From NCBI RefSeq assembly GCF_020969955.1, contig NZ_JAHDSX010000031.1, forward strand, positions 1 through 30,101: 30,101 bases of DNA. The letters are read 5' to 3'. Source of the DNA: Allobaculum fili. Lineage in GTDB: Bacteria; Bacillota_I; Bacilli_A; Erysipelotrichales; Erysipelotrichaceae. The notes beneath the pieces are model-generated. The model had not been told where the DNA came from. It searched no databases and was given only the letters and a program-made list of their open reading frames with translations. The first letter of the stretch is position 1. Each line of letters starts with the position of its first letter. Made by a program: the position numbers and the translations under genes. Below, piece after piece: positions 29,022 through 30,101 of this stretch.

Positions 29022-29542
29022 ATGGACGTATGACTGATCAACGCCTCCCCGAAGGTAAACGGAAAGACCGCCGTCGCCCTTGAGGAAGTACGAAAAGAAT
29101 TCGAAAAACTGGGTCTGGAAACGATAATGGTCCACATCGACAACAAGAATATTCACGGCTGTATCATTGGATACCCCGTTTACTTTGCAAACGTAAACGA
29201 ATATACGTTCCAGCGGTACCTGTTCTACTCCACACGGTTTGATAAAGCGATGAAATTCGGAGGGACACATACCGCGGCGGAAATTCGAGTACTTTTGATG
29301 AGCTCAATAAGTACTCACCATTGGCGGAATGCCGGTTGTGTCGTCCAACTACTGGAACATGGTGTATGGACGGCTCTCCGGGCAAGCGAAAGAAGATGTG
29401 GAATGTCTTAGCACCATGCGTCAGCTTGCCCGCAACATGACCTTCTTAATACGCGCTTCAGGACGCGAAAGAAAAATACGGTTTTCCGGAAGAAGAAGCG
29501 CATGTCATGACCAACTTCATCCGCTATAACCATAAACAGTAA
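29022..29542 (+). pseudogene. Flavodoxin-like NAD(P)H-dependent FMN reductase family pseudogene
   Basis: Reads MDV*LINASPKVNGKTAVALEEVRKEFEKLGLETIMVHIDNKNIHGCI|IGYPVYFANVN...FYS. There is an in-frame TGA at 29031-29033 where homologues have Leu. An in-frame loss of about 30 aa (the Cys-rich segment) lies between HGCI and IGYPVYF. The frame then switches: GNSSTFDELNKY (frame 2, about 29279), MPVVSSNYWNMVYG...EDVECLSTMRQLARNMTFLI (frame 1, from 29329), then QDAKEKYGFPEEEAHVMTNFIRYNHKQ* (frame 2, stop 29540-29542). Confidence 0.8.
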
Positions 29543-29629
29543 TTTCTTATTTGACGGTCTTATCCCCTTCAATTTCTGCTGATATTGTTTCAGCGAAAAC
29601 TGGAGGGTTTTAAATGCCCAATTCTCTTT

Positions 29630-30059
29630 TCATTCGAAGCAGCCAATTGAGCAGGTACGGATCTGAGGGGATGTCCAGAAATCTGTGTAAATTCGATTTT
29701 TTAGCAGTTGAAATATTTGGTCGTACCGAACAGCAAAAAACCTTCGCTGAATGGTGAGTGAATGAAAATTTCTGAAGCGACCCTTTATAGCGGGCGCCCT
29801 CCGCTGCCAGACTGGCGACGTTCCTGCCACTTCTTCTCAAGCTCCACGATCCGCAAATACAAAGTCTTATATACCGCATCATCGCTGGGGAACGAGCCTT
29901 TTTTTCATTCATAGGCCCCCGCGCGCGGCGGCCCACCCTTGGTTAGTTGAAATATGGATGAGGGATCGTTGAGTCCTCTTTTATTATTTTTAATGAATTT
30001 CTCTTCGCAATTTCGATTCCTGATAGAATCGCTTTGTACCAGAGCACTGGAAAAGCACG
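29630..30059 (-). pseudogene. Decayed IS256-family (mutator-type) transposase remnant
   Basis: Minus-strand 29904-29788 reads KKGSFPSDDAVYKTLYLRIVELEKKWQERRQ. This matches the recalled C-terminal IS256 signature KG.FPSDD...K.LYLA...I.KKW..R..W. Upstream fragments (AFP...KRNSLKII, about 30059-29960) and downstream pieces are broken by stops, frameshifts and deletions. Confidence 0.5.
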
Positions 30060-30101
30060 TTACGCAAATAATTCATAATGATAATTATTTACCTTTCATG
30101 A

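Noticed and set aside
29031-29033. In-frame TGA in the flavoprotein gene as possible Trp, Gly or Sec recoding
   Set aside because: TGA is used as a normal stop elsewhere (for example rsmB at 302-304). The same gene also has a deletion and several frameshifts. Homologues have Leu (TTA) at that position. A nonsense mutation is the simpler reading.

Overview
About 30 kb of chromosome with Firmicutes/Bacillota-type gene content and order. TGA, TAG and TAA are all used as ordinary stops. Most of the window is housekeeping, largely on the minus strand. It contains a tightly packed DUF4438-like/priA/rsmB unit, a TrmH-family RNA methyltransferase, two membrane transporters (AI-2E family and ArsP_2-type), a secreted CHAP peptidoglycan hydrolase with a long acidic Ser/Asp-rich region, nfo, a DEAD-box helicase, ispH, the conserved glyQS-dnaG-sigA-trmK block, a PatB/MalY C-S lyase and a PP2C_2-type phosphatase. 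Both window edges carry IS material: an ISL3 transposase 3' end on the left and a decayed IS256-family transposase on the right. There is clear gene decay. A trehalose-type PTS permease is 5'-truncated and frameshifted next to an apparently intact GH13 phosphotrehalase. A flavodoxin-like FMN reductase gene carries a nonsense codon, an in-frame deletion and at least three frameshifts. The only unit that looks accessory and is not obviously explained is a terminator-bracketed islet at about 17.7-20.6 kb. It holds a macrodomain-HTH fusion gene, a small cytosolic YegL/TerY-like vWA gene and an orphan 86-codon ORF. I could not assign this islet to a named system, and the proposal is inference only. 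No rRNA, tRNA or CRISPR array was seen. All family assignments come from motifs read by eye and recalled family signatures, not from database searches.
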